Translations under genes and position numbers: made by a program
In this document: positions 39,668 to 52,525 of the stretch, piece by piece
Layout: each line of letters starts with the position of its first letter
How positions within the stretch are numbered: position 1 is the stretch's first letter
Notes under the pieces: generated by a model
Told to the model about the DNA's origin: nothing
The model's input: the letters and a program-made list of their open reading frames with translations, nothing else
Database searches by the model: none
Assembly: GCA_964234715.1 (NCBI GenBank)
Contig: OZ174278.1
DNA: 64,000 bases
Origin: Podarcis melisellensis
Lineage: Eukaryota
Reading direction: 5' to 3' (one strand)

Positions 39668-39802
39668 AATCATAGAATTGTATATTTGGAAGGGATCATG
39701 ACAGTCATCTAGTTCTATCCCCAGCAATGTGTGAATATTTCGTCCAATGTGGCACTCAAACTCACAATCTTGAGATTGGGATTCTCATGCTCTACTGACT
39801 CA
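39668..39802 (-). mobile_element. Short SINE: tRNA-Lys-like head plus CR1-like 3' tail
   Basis: Minus strand AGTCAGTAGAGCATGAGAATCCCAATCTCAAGATTGTGAGTTTGAGTGCCACATTGGACG resembles tRNA-Lys(CTT); it ends gatcccttccaaatatacaattctatgatt (CR1 ATTCTATG tail). Confidence 0.7.
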
Positions 39803-39836
39803 GGCTTCACATTTCAATGTTTTCAAAGATACTTCA

Positions 39837-40925
39837 TGGGAGTAACATGAAAAGCAATGAAAATGGCAGACAAAAGAGATGCCTGGACATAAACTGTTTT
39901 TGTCCTCTTCAATGCACACTCATTAAACTTAGTAGTCAATGGTGCTAAGTGTTGTCTGGGAGCAACTAGTTTCTTCAGTTTTGTTCTGCTGATATATAAT
40001 TATTCCTCTGCATAGACTGAACATTGGAAAATTATAGCTAGCCATGTATCAAATTTAGGAATATCTTAAGCCATTGAGCAAGACAAGCTCGGAGAGTCAG
40101 ACTGATGCTTTAAAACCACTAAGATATCATATTGGTAGTATATATAATGCTTTAATAGAGATTTTTGATGGCACAAACCTAAAAGGTTCTCTGGAAATAT
40201 TTCCTAAATTTAAGCTATGGCCCTTGCCAATGCAATTTGTAAGTTCAAGTTGCAGTATCCCTTGCTACATAGTGCAACATCCTTTTTGAAGTCAATCTTA
40301 TAAGCAAGCTATTGCAAAATAAGGAAACTGATTTAAATTCAGCTACAAGCCAGTTGCAAGTGCCCAAGAATTGCCTTGTGAGATGCAGGTACGATGAGCA
40401 TTTTCAATAAGTTTTGACAGATGCTACTGAGATTTCAAAGGATCTAGAGATACTATCAACGTTTGAGACAGAAATGGCAGTTTGAGTATGAGCCCCCAAA
40501 ATAGGCACCACAAGAACCAAACCAGAAGTCAAAATAGGTTTCTATTGTGCTGTCTTAGGCATTACCAAACAACAATATAATTCCGAAAGCTACAACAATC
40601 TGGCTTCCTGTGTGATATGTATAGTATCAACATAAAACCACTGAAGATGCACGTAAGGCCTGTACGAATTTGATGCAGAATGGAAACAAATATAATGATG
40701 CTGAAGATCAGTGCTGTGATCTTGAAGACTTCCAAAGTCTATGCTGCCGCAAGGAATCCACAAGTCTCTTTATACTACAACAAAAACTCCTGTATAATGT
40801 GCTTCATGTTTTCATTGCTTTAAGGATCCTTCTCACACTTCTAGTTTAGTGGCAAGTGATGAGCACAGTTTCTAAAAGCACAAAATTACAAAAACTAGCT
40901 TATGCTCAACTATGTTGCAATGATA
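39837..40925 (+). pseudogene. Decayed hAT (Tip100/ZMYM1-like) transposase
   Basis: Motifs occur in order across frameshifts and stops: GSNMK, AHSLNLVVN (39914-39940), KPLSKTSSESQTDALKPLRY (decayed TRWESR), NILFEVNLISKLLQ, and the hAT dimerisation motif VFIALRILLTL..VASDEHSF*KHKITKTSLCSTMLQ (40808-40920). Confidence 0.88.
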
Positions 40926-43629
40926 ACTATATAAACTTAACATGCCCAATCATCAGCACTTGACCCGAAGGAATTGGTGGCAATTGGTGAGATTTTGATG
41001 TGCTTGAAAATGTGCTTCTTTAATGACTGAGCCAAAAGATTCTTGATCCTGTGCAAGGTGTAAGATTCACAACCCTTTTACACTATTTTGAAATGGAGCT
41101 GAACCAGAATTTTTGGCCCAGCTTTTTATTTGGGTTTGTGTGTGTGTGTGCAGAATATAGGCAATAAAATAGGTGGGGGGAAAGTAGTCACAAAAACTGC
41201 AGCAGGGGAGCAAAAAACCTTGCAAACATTTTGAGAGAAGAGCAAATATTTTGGCTTAATTTACTTAATAACAAGGTAGCAAGTCCCCACCCCACGCCTT
41301 CTATTTCACTATTTTAAAAGCATGTAGCTGATCACAGCAAGCATGCCGGAATTTTCTGCTTCCTGCTGCAGGAGGGATAAAATTGCCCATGGGAACACTA
41401 CCATAGAAAACACACCATGCAACTGCTAGCAATGGGGTGGAGGAGGTCTGTATGTTGCCAAAGGGACACTTTTTCTAAAACTAAATAATGGTATAGTCTG
41501 GTGGTGGCTTCCATTAGCACTGTAGCTCAAGAAGAAAATGTCAGACCTCCCCTGCCTACATGCAATAGTGGGGATCGCCTAGGATTAAAATTCACAAATG
41601 TTAGTGCAACAAACCATACAAATAATCTAACATGTAGGTAGGTCCTGTATCCACACACAAAGCAAAACACTGACATAACGGTAATGCTATTGGGGGGAGG
41701 GGGTTCTGAAAAGTCACCACAACCTTTTCCCTGGGGCAGCAGTGGAAGTGCATATATTTTGCTCAACAGTTTATTGTTAGTCTGCTCATGTGCTTCCGAG
41801 TGTGAGATGATACTTTACCAGGCCCATTATAATTTTAATATGTCCATTACACAGTACTTTCCTCCTATTCATGCTCTCAGATAACATTATTGTAATCACT
41901 CTAGCTAAGGGCTTTATCCTTCATACAGGAGGGAAAGGGAAAGGTTTAAATCAAAAAGCTTGGAATAATCATGCACTGCACTTTCTGTAAAGAGCACCTG
42001 AAAATTACCACTATTTTATAGTTTATCTTTAACACTCAATGATCCAACAGCTATAATTTCAAGAACTAATAAAAGAATCTCCTTAAATTAGGCTAGGTAG
42101 ACCCCAAAATGGGGTTGTCATTTCTTAACCCCCATTTGATCATTCCTGGGAATCTAAAAATATAGAACAGTAGTGTTTTAGGGAAAGAGTTCCTTTTCTT
42201 AGGTGGCTATCAGGTAGTTGTATTTTCATAACAAAAACCTTCTAAAGTTAATGGCTGGCATACATTTGGCAGCTACCCTGCACAGATAAAAGGGATATAT
42301 GGATTAAAGCTACTTAGCATTCTGGTCAGCACTGCAGAGCAGCAACCTTACAAACAAAGACTTTACTAATTAGAAAGGCCTTTTTTCAGTGTATTTCATG
42401 GACTGCTAGGAAAAGCCCCCTTCCTAATAAAAAAATATTTCAGAATCAGATATAAAATACAGAGTGTGGATGCCAAAATTCCAGTGTTTGGCTCATCCTG
42501 TAATTTTTCAGTGAACTTTTGCAGTTATATTTTGAAAGAAGCAAGCACTCAGTGTGACTATTTGATACAAGGGATGAGAAGTTCAGTTTTCTACATTCCA
42601 TTTTGCACTCCTGTGTTTTCATACATAAGTCTACTTCTATGCACTAAAAGCAATGATGAATATCCACATTTAAAGACATATTTTTAAAAAAATATTTCAT
42701 CTGAAAACACACATTTCTAAAAATATTCTGGGAAGTTTTTTGAGCTGAGAACTGCATTCAAATTTTAGGAAGTGTGAAAACTGGTGAATAAGTAAGTTCT
42801 GACCTACACGTCAGTCCAGTATGAGCAGATCTGATCAGTTTATACTTCAATTAAAACAAATCAGAATGAACGCTCAGTAAATAGCTGGCATCGTCACATA
42901 CAGGAGTATTCACTAAACAAGTCATCTGGAAAACAACTTCAGTCTCTTTCATAATGATGAAAGATGTCACCTCTTTGCAAATAATACAGCTGGAATGTTC
43001 TATGTCACCATTGCACATATCTCACCTTCCATAAGAACATTAGAAGAACTGGATCGCACCAAATGTCTAGCTAGTCCTCTTTGCTAGAGCTACCAACCAG
43101 ACTCCTTTGGGAAGCCATTTGTTTGCTTTTGTTCCATGATGATTGGTACTCTACATCTAATACTGGAGGTAATATGAATTTTTCCAAGTTGGGACCATAA
43201 TTAGGCATGGAGAAGGAATCCACCAAGTTCAGACAGGCTGACATGATTTGATCTAGGCATAAATTGACCTGGATTAGTCCGTGAGTCCACTCCGAATTCA
43301 CAGTTCTGTGGATCCAGTTACAAGGTAGTATGAGGATTGCAGCACTGCCTCTAAAAGCTATTTCTTTCCTTTAAATGTTTGAAAGCAGAGAATCCAGCCA
43401 TCTGAAGCCTCAGTTCCCTCAGGGAGTGATGATGTCCCATTGCTCTTCAGCAGAATTGTACAGGGGAAAACATGACTGGCTCCATGTAAATAGTAAAGGC
43501 CTTTACCTGCCTCATGTTTTTGCATGAATTTTTAAAGAGGTTTTTTCCTTACAAATATGTATAGAACCAGGACAGCATAGAGTTAGTACCATACTCATAC
43601 AGAGTTGGAATGAACTGGATTTTGACAGA

Positions 43630-43712
43630 TCTAGCCCTCAGGTAAAATAGCACCTGTCGTGCAAGCAGAAGGTCCCAGTTTCAATCCCCAGCTTCTCCAG
43701 GTGCAGCTGGCT
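43630..43712 (+). mobile_element. tRNA-derived SINE head (Squam2/Anolis SINE2-like), degenerate
   Basis: gcacctgtcgtgcaagcagaaggtcccagtttcaatccccagcttctccagg (B-box-like). Confidence 0.55.
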
Positions 43713-43799
43713 GTAAAACTGCCCAGGTTCTAGTATTAAAAGAGGAGGAGATTTCCCACCATCTATCAATCTATCAATGCCCTGCCTTAATCACCTAAA

Positions 43800-43935
43800 C
43801 TGTAACACTCCAGATTTTGAAATGCTTCCTCATTTGGGACTTGCTTCAACTCCTTCATCATTTTGGTTGCCCCTTTCTTCCGCTTTTCCAGTTCTGTGAT
43901 ATCCTTTCTGATCTACTGCAAGGAACCCACAGTTC
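43800..43935 (-). mobile_element. CR1 LINE internal fragment
   Basis: Minus translation KDITELEKRKKGATKMMKE resembles the CR1 motif KDIxxLExVQRRATKMI. Confidence 0.6.
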
Positions 43936-46459
43936 CACATGTGGTCTTATGGACAACTCCTCTCATGTTTAAAAGGAGGGAAGTTTCTATGTTCTAATAT
44001 GTACAAATGGAAAAGCATTACCCAAAGGCCACATTCCCTTGTTGGTATCCATTGCTGGCATGCCAATTGTGGGAACGGTCAGAGGCAATGGATGTGCCTC
44101 TTAGCTTTGTACAGTAGGCTACATTATATGAGTCACATGAAAGTATGAGGTTCTACAAAGTAACACTCATGCACAACTCTCCATGCAGAAAAGCAAGAGA
44201 CATTATCACAGAAGAGCATATTCCTGATGAAGAAAAGCACTCAGTGAGGGTATGGAGGGCATGGTTATAGGCGGTTATAGGTTAGTGCTGTAATAGACAA
44301 ACATAGCTGCCCATATTTTGTTGCTGCTGCTATTACAATAAGCGTATAAATAAAAGATATACAAGCAAGAATGATATAAAAAGATTAAAGTCACTTCTAG
44401 GGGAACTACACCTACAGCACATTAGGACTTAAGAAATTTCTACAGTACAAATCCAACTTGAAGGTTTACTGAAAACAACATATTTCAGATCCAGACATTT
44501 ACAATACAATTCATATTCCCTGTGAAGCTTGGGGTCAATTGCATTGCCTTGAACTCCCCTTAAATTTCTTTCTTTCATGTGCCACTGATTTTCATATCAA
44601 AGATTTACGCGTTAAGTTTCAAACTTTATTATGCAGCATCAGCTTCTCCAGCTTCTAATTGTATTAGTAATAGACATACTGTAGCTGCATGAATCAGCAT
44701 GTTTGCATAATGTTATGTAGCACAGATGTTCCAGTGCTATGACCAATGGGTCCTGAAAGAGTAATTAACTCTTAGAATTCTTATGTGCATCACTCTAGAC
44801 AATGCTGATTTTAAATAAAGGCCAACTGATACTGACCCACATGTTTAGTAATAGGTAGGCATACATTATATTAATGCTTTTCTATACACAAATTCTTAAA
44901 AACCACCATGTTCATTAATTGAATTCAGAATTCAGCTCAGATTTATTTATCAAATCCATGCCTCTTTCTCATAGTCACATATAATTATCAATGTAAAGGC
45001 ATGGTTCAAGCAACACTGGAACACGATAATATGTGATTAAAATAAAAAATGTGCATATATGCCAAAAAGCAGGAGTAAAAAAACTAAATCTACAATTAAT
45101 TTCAATCATATCAAATAAAATATTTGATATATTCAGAAAGATTCCATTTTTTAAAGCAGTAACCTAGTCAGGATAGAGCTAGATATGTTAAAATTGGACT
45201 GTACTGACACATCTTAAAATAAATACTCCTGTAAAAGTATCAGTCTTTTTTTAAAAAGGAAAAGCATTACATCATAACCCTGTAAGTACACAGAATTTAT
45301 GAGCAAAAATAGCTACAGAAATCAAATGCAAATCTATGGGAAGACCCATCCAAGCGCTTAGCAGTTGTTGGAATCAGAGCCCAGAACTGCCATAAATGGC
45401 ACAAAGCCATTTAATATCCAATCACCCAGCCCCAATGCTTCAATGACTAGCAACATGATTTGAATATTGAACATTCTGAAACAGTTTGAAGTTGTAATAT
45501 AAAACCAGAAACTAAGCCACCAAACTCACATGATATGTATAAGTTCCCTGTTATCTAAAATGCTATATCCTTGGAATCAATACATTCAGAGTGTGAATCA
45601 CAGATTGTGAATAACAGTTATTTCCATAAATAAGAACAGCACACCTGTTTTTAGTACTTACAGACCTGTTCTGGTCTTATCTCACATATTCAGAGATTAG
45701 GACCACTATTATTATAATTTAATACAAACAACAATAACTAGAAGCCTGTAGCCAAAGAGTTAAATGTTTCATTCAAATCAAAATGAGGCATACAGTTGCA
45801 GAAGCCGTGGTACTGTCAGAGCAGGACTTTGGGGGCAAAGGTTCAGAATGCAAAGAGTCTCTAAACACTGCAAAATAGTAAAGTAATACCCACCTCTTAT
45901 GGGACATTCAGGAGAACAAAAGGCTAAGGAGTAAATCCTACACAAATCTGGAATGAAGCTCCTAAGGTAGTTAGATGGCACCTTGTACATCTCCGTCTGG
46001 CAACTCCTGCAGCCAAGCTGATGCCAAATACATTGCTCTGCTTTCCTTTGGGCCACATCAGTGAGGTCAAGAGGAGGTCTTGTTATCTGAGCAGCCCACA
46101 ACTTCCATACACATTGCCCAGGCTTGCATCCCAGAGTGATTACTTTCCTGATGCCAACTCAGCAAAAACAACACAGGAAGCAGCAGTTATGAGTTACTGG
46201 TCTCTGCAGCCACAGGAGGCACTGTGGTTTGACTTCAGCTCTGGAAGTGCACTCTTGAGGCAGACAGATGCCACAATAGTAAAGTTAACACACATTGCCA
46301 TTTACAGAGAGGGCCCCATAGGATGAGTAAAAACACAGTCTAAAATGATGTAACTACCACTGCCCACCAACATTAGCTACTGCTTCTTGTCACAGGTTGC
46401 TTCCTAAGGGTTGTCTGGTCACAATATATTAGTGACAGTAGAAGCTCTTTTAGACTCCT

Positions 46460-46582
46460 GACTCGGGGTGGTGAACCTGTGGCCCTCCAGCTATTGCTGG
46501 ACGCCAACTCTCATCAACCCCTGTCAGCATGGCCAATGATCAGGGACGATGGGAGTTGTAATCAAACAACATCTGCAGAGAT
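46460..46582. mobile_element. Palindromic hAT-type MITE (one end decayed)
   Basis: ggggtggtgaacctgtggccctccag...caactctcatca...gatgggagttgtaatcaaacaacatctg. Confidence 0.7.
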
Positions 46583-49500
46583 GCTGCTAACCAATCACTG
46601 CTATTCACACGATCTCTTGTTTTGAGTAAGTTCCTTTTGTTGGTTTCTGTTTTATTCAACTATGTGCCTGCTCCAGTGCCTGATGTTGCCTTGGTTTCTG
46701 CTTTTAACCCACAACCTACTTTGTCCCACTTTGTTTGGTCACTATGGCTTGAATCTTGAGATAAGGAAATTCAAGGAAGGAAAGCTTACCATCTCCTGTA
46801 GCTTCTCTGGGGATCATAGGACTCTTCTGAAACCTTTTTTCCATAAACATCCTGATATTATTCTAGGATCAAGGCAATTCCCCCCTTCCTTAGGAGTCCC
46901 TGTATTTCCCCCCACAATGTTCAGCAGATGCTCTGGCTGTCCAAAAAGTATTACCAAGGTACATGGGTGGCTTGAGGGGGGGGCAGAGAACTTTTTTCTG
47001 ATCAGTTCATTATGTTTTTCTTTATCCAAGGATGCAATCCCAGGCCTCTTAGCCAGCTTCCTGATCACTCCTCTCTCCTGCAAAATTTATTCAAAGCCAA
47101 CCCATGGCTGCCCCTACTTGCATTCTCCAGCTACTCTTTCTTCAAATTCATATTTCTCTGTTTGTTGCCTTTGGCTTCATTGAATTTACTAGGTACCCTG
47201 TCCTGAAGCTTCAGTGAATACCAGGACCACCTCCTAGTGTACACTGTGAAGTTTTCATCCCAAGCAAACTAATAAGTTACCCTTCCTTCACTCAATATGT
47301 ACTTCAAATTGTTTAGCTTCTTGAACTGAACATTCCAGAGCAACAGAGTAACATGGCCAAACAATGCTAGAAGATTCACATCCACAATACAGCTGCTGCA
47401 GGAGTGGTGGTAAAAAAAAAAAGGTGTCTGGATTTTTCAGTGTTCCATTATTATAATGCCATCAAGATAATTTATACTCTCATTCTAAAAGTTGGTGTAG
47501 AATTTGACTATACCCAAGTGCCTACTCATCTACCAGAAATAGTGTGAATATTCATCCCTCTCTTCCTTTTCTCCAGCAACAACAGTGAGATAAGCAGGAT
47601 GAAATATCCGAGAAGGATATTCGGGTGTGGGGAGATCATGGGTGTGTGGTATTTACCTAGGAAATGAATTCAGATTGGCATGGAAATAAACTTAGGTATT
47701 GCCTGAAGTGGGTGAAATTAAAGACTCAATCCAATTTTAGATGGCAATCCCATTTATGCTGCAAAGAGTTTTATTTTAATCTCTTGACTCCCTTAGATCT
47801 TAATCATTCATTATTATCTTAGTTGTCAAACTGTTATCAGTATCTACATAAGATCAACCAAAGAGAAAATAAAACTCCCTAGACTTCAAATGTAATGGAA
47901 AGTTTATTCATAGCTGGTCTGATAATACAGTTGTTGTTAAAGATTTCTTAGAAAAATGATAACTTCACATGTCAAAAAAGTGTAGGTTTATGATCATGTG
48001 CTTACTTGTCATTATTCTTCTGCAGTATGCAAAAAGGCCATTGAATCCTGCTCTGATTATTTAAAAAGAATACTTACCTAGTTATTTATTGGTCTTATAC
48101 TACTTTAACTAACATGGCTCCCCTGACAAAATACTGGCAATGTAAATTTTGTGAAGTGCTAGAATTCTGTTAGATGTCCATACTTCCCCCTGCTTCACTA
48201 CAGCATTCCCCAATAAAAAAAGATTTTAATCTATAGTGCAGATATGAGCAGGAGGGTTCTAGGTTGATGAACGTAATTCCCAAGCACCTTATTGTCAATA
48301 AAATATATCCAATAATTAAATGTAATACGACCATGCTAGAGCTCCAGTGAGATTTCCTAGCAGAGAGCATCATATATCTGAAGCAGCTACTGCTTGCCAT
48401 TGATTTTAAATTTGGTACACAAATGGTAACATAAGAATGATGCTCTTGTTCATTATTAAAGCCCAGATTCTATGCAGCTGCACTCAGGAACAGGCATGAG
48501 GACCCTAGTGTAGCTCCAAAGGCACAACTTGTTTCTTCATGTTAGAACAAGGGCCTGATGTCAGCACCAGAGCCCTGCATAGCATACAGCTTAGTATCAG
48601 CATTAGTGCCATGCTAAAATGTCTCTTGAATTCCCCCCTCCCAGTCAATCTCCATCAATTAAAGAGAAAAGAATATGCATAATAAAATTATCGAAATGGA
48701 GAAGTTCTCACAGGTGAGGTGCAGAGTTTTGCTGTGCTTATTTTCCAAGCAGCCAAGGGCTTTTGTGAGCATCCTGAAAACCCCATGACCTCTTCAGCTG
48801 AACTCTTCTAAAAGCATAGGAAGTTGGGGGTGGGGTGCTCTGGGGCATACAACAGCTGTTCATTTTTAAGTGGTCGGATTTAAAAAAGAAAAGAAAAAAC
48901 CTGCAAGATTTCCCCTTAAAAATAATGTCAACAACTGAACCAGTCTCGTGTGCTTTGTACATCTCCTGGCTTTCTATTCTTCGATTAAAGCTCCTTTCCA
49001 TGGACCTTATCCAGATCAGGAATCACAAGCAGAGAATCTGTAGAGGGCTAGAGAAATATTTAATGGAAATTAAAATGCACACACATTACCCATGGTCATC
49101 TCAGAGTAATAAAGTAAGCTTTCAGATCTGAATGCACCTCAAGAATGAGGTAGAAAAATTGAAAACCTTTGAGAAACTGGAGGACGGATTTCAGCATAAC
49201 TTGAATCAGCATGCAAAGTACTTCCTCCAGGTTCCTGTTTTGCACCCACAAAAATAGTATCAAGCTGTGTGAGTGGCAATCGTCATTATTTGGGGTAAAC
49301 AGGCTGTCATTGCAAAGGTGAACAGAGCTATCCCATTTCCCTAGGACTATGCCCATAATTATATTACAGAATGGCATGTCTCTACGTACATCATCTGTTC
49401 AAGAAAAACAACCACAAGATCAAGTTGTAGGGTACAGTGGGTTTGAGAAACAAAGATGAGCTCTGACATATGTACAGCCCAAGTCATATTTGCCTTTACT

Positions 49501-50447
49501 GATAATGATCAATCAGTGCCCTGAAGTGTGTTTTGTAAGGTTGTTTTAAAAAGTTTATATTGCTACAGAGGTTGCGCGCCACCCCTAATCTCTGCCAAAC
49601 AGTAGCATGAATCCAGGAGTTCAAGGAGCTAACCTGGGATGTGTTTCCATGGGCAACACAGAGGAAACTAGTATCCTTAATAAACATGGCTTATTGTATA
49701 CATACTGTATTTACACCTGGGTGTACTTTGGAGATAGTTCAGAGCATTACATCTCACAAAGGGCTTGTTTCCTACAACAGAGCAGCATTGAAATCCAAGG
49801 CATCCTGAACACCATCTTTGTGCCTCTGTCCCATCATGCCAAGATGGTTCTGGCCTTCACAGCAGCTCATTAAGTCCTCTCTCTTCTTTCCTAACCTCTA
49901 AATTTCAAAAGAACACTACATACCCTTATTACCCAGACAACCTCCCCATCTGAACTCTGCTATTGTCTTCAGCTAACTAACACACAGCTGGTGGGGAAGA
50001 CAGCATCTGCATGGTCAATTGTTCTTCTGGTACTTAGTTTTTCCTTCTCTTCTTAATAGTGACACTATCAGCGATCTCCTGAACAGGAAAACTGGTTCAG
50101 CCTATATTTTTTATTTGCCTTGCATCTTCCCTTCATTACTCCAAATATTATCTAAATTCTACCATATATTATTTTCTAACATTCACTAACTCTAGCAATT
50201 ATGAGTGCTATTGCACCCCTAAACTCTGTTACCTCATATCTGTAACAATATATTCATTTATGTTGGGAACCTGGCCCATATCCCATAGCACATGGGGATG
50301 GGAATTCAGAAATTGTTTATATTTAAAACAAGAGGCTATAGGTATGTGCATCTGTCTTGTTTTTACAAATGTAAAAATAACCAACAGTGCAAGTTTTCAA
50401 AATCAAAGCATTTTTTCCATTGCAAAATTGATTACTTTCCCTTGCTA

Positions 50448-50806
50448 AAAAGGTAAAGGTACCCCTGCCCGTACGGGCCAGTCTTGACAGACTCTAGGGT
50501 TGTGTGCTCATCTCACTCTAGAGGCCGGGAGCCAGCGCTGTCCGCAGACACTTCCAGGTCATGTGGCCCGCGTGACAAGCTGCATCTGGTGAGCCAGCGC
50601 AGCACATGGAAATGCCGTTTACCTTCCCACTGGTAAGCGGTCCCTATTTATCTACTTGCACCCGAGGGTGCTTTCGAACTGCTAGGTGGGCAGGTGCTGG
50701 GACCGAATGACAGGAGCGCACCCCGCCGCGGGGATTCGAACCGCCGACCATGCGATCAGCGAGTCCTAGGCACTGAGGTTTTACCCACAGTGCCACCCGT
50801 ATCCCT
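50448..50806 (-). mobile_element. Full-length Sauria SINE with 12-bp TSD
   Basis: tRNA-like head with A box and perfect B box GGTTCGAATCC on the minus strand; (ACCTTT) tail; TTTCCCTTGCTA duplicated at 50436-50447 and 50807-50818; many CpGs retained. Confidence 0.93.
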
Positions 50807-52481
50807 TTTCCCTTGCTACAAAATCATTAATTGAAGGGGAGAATGTTTGCATAAAGATAGCTACCAGTTGTGCAGAATTATTTATAAGAAATATTTGTTT
50901 TTACTAGTTATGCAAACTTGTTATTTCCCTTGCTATTTCCCTTGCGATAAGATACATATTACTCTGATTGAATTGTGTAACATTTTGTTTAGAGCTCTTC
51001 AAAGAGATTTGTCTTCAGACAACAGCAATGAAGAGGTATATGGAATTAAAGCTGGAGGAACACTGAGAGAAAGGGACACTACGTGGTACAGTCTGAATGT
51101 AGCAAGACTAAATACACTGTTAGTATTTCACTGAAGTTGATTCCATGCTCTTGAATAAAGGAGTAAAAGTTTTTCAAACACTTGCATGATCAACAGTGGA
51201 GAAGATATAATGAGGATTGTGACAAACGACTCAATATACTATTTAGAACAAAAGAAGCACTGTACAAATTTAATTTGTAGTTGTGCCTGGCAAGGGACTA
51301 ATTGGGAAAAACGTTACAACATATAAGTATCACGTCCCAAGCAGTTACACTACATAGCCCAAGTTCAATAAAGGAACAAAACACATGCCTACACAGTTCA
51401 TTGTCATAATAAATTGAATAGAAACTTTCCCTTGCAAATAGTCTCCAGAGCCTATCAATGGTTTTTGCATCTTCATGGCCTCTTTAACAAATTTGGTAGT
51501 TCTGTGTGACATAAAGTAATTGTATGGCCAATTAAAAATGTGTACCATTAGAGCTCCTCAGATCTGAATACAGACAACATTTCCTTATAAAGTGTACAAT
51601 ATCCCTTTTCTTATGGCAACCAGATGGAAAGTATCTATTCTCACCAAGTTGAACCCCATAGCACTCCTTCACCTCCATCAACTGCAAAGAAATTCAGGCT
51701 ACATTTAGTCAACCACCACCTCAACTCATGTGAACAAGTAAGGATAGATATGGGGTACTTTCTTGGAAGAATATTATTATTTTTATATAGCTTATTGGAA
51801 TGCCATTCTATTACAAGTGCCCCTGTAGTGTGCATTTCAACATCATATAGTTGTTCTTATATGTTATATAATCCTGAGTTGTCAGCCAGGATAACCAGCG
51901 TTTGGGGGAAAGAGTTTTTCCTCATCTGATAATTAACTAAAATACCTCAAGGAGTGATGGAGTTCAATGTACTTACAAAACTATGGTGACAATAATGAAG
52001 GCAGTTTTCAGAATCCTACCACTTGTTATGGGAGACTCGTTCAGTTGCACTCCAGATGCAGAGAGCTCTGATGACAACTCCCATGCTGATATAGCAACCA
52101 TATAGCAACCATGATAGATTAGAGTAAAACCTAAAATGCATGAAGCCTTGAAGTACAAAAACTATAAAAATGCTTGAGCACACCTTAGAATCACTGAATA
52201 AAGTACTGGGGTGGTGACAGCATTTAAAAACATAAACACTACATTAAAAAAGCAAAAAATTAAATAAAAACAAGCTGCAGAGCCTAGATAAACCACAGCT
52301 CTGGCTGCCATCTTGACAACTGAAAGTGGAGTACATATGCAATGTACAAGAAGTGAATCATCCATCTGCTTCCTCCAGTTCATCACATATATCACTCCCC
52401 AACGTACTGTAGGATGCTGACAAAAGTGCAGACGTCATTGTTGAATTCTGGGACCTTTTGAAGGCCTTATCAGTTGCCGCT

Positions 52482-52482
<1 letters not shown>

Positions 52483-52523
<41 letters not shown>
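52483..52523. repeat. (TAT)13 microsatellite
   Basis: Perfect trinucleotide run. Confidence 0.97.

Positions 52524-52525
<2 letters not shown>

Noticed and set aside
39668-39802. Possible genuine tRNA gene (also 22099-22224 and other SINE heads)
   Set aside because: Cloverleaf and anticodon arms are mutated and fused to LINE-like tails, so these are SINEs.
46662-47183. Longest ORF in the track (173 aa)
   Set aside because: Antisense to NCAM2, with composition typical of non-coding DNA and no recognisable family.
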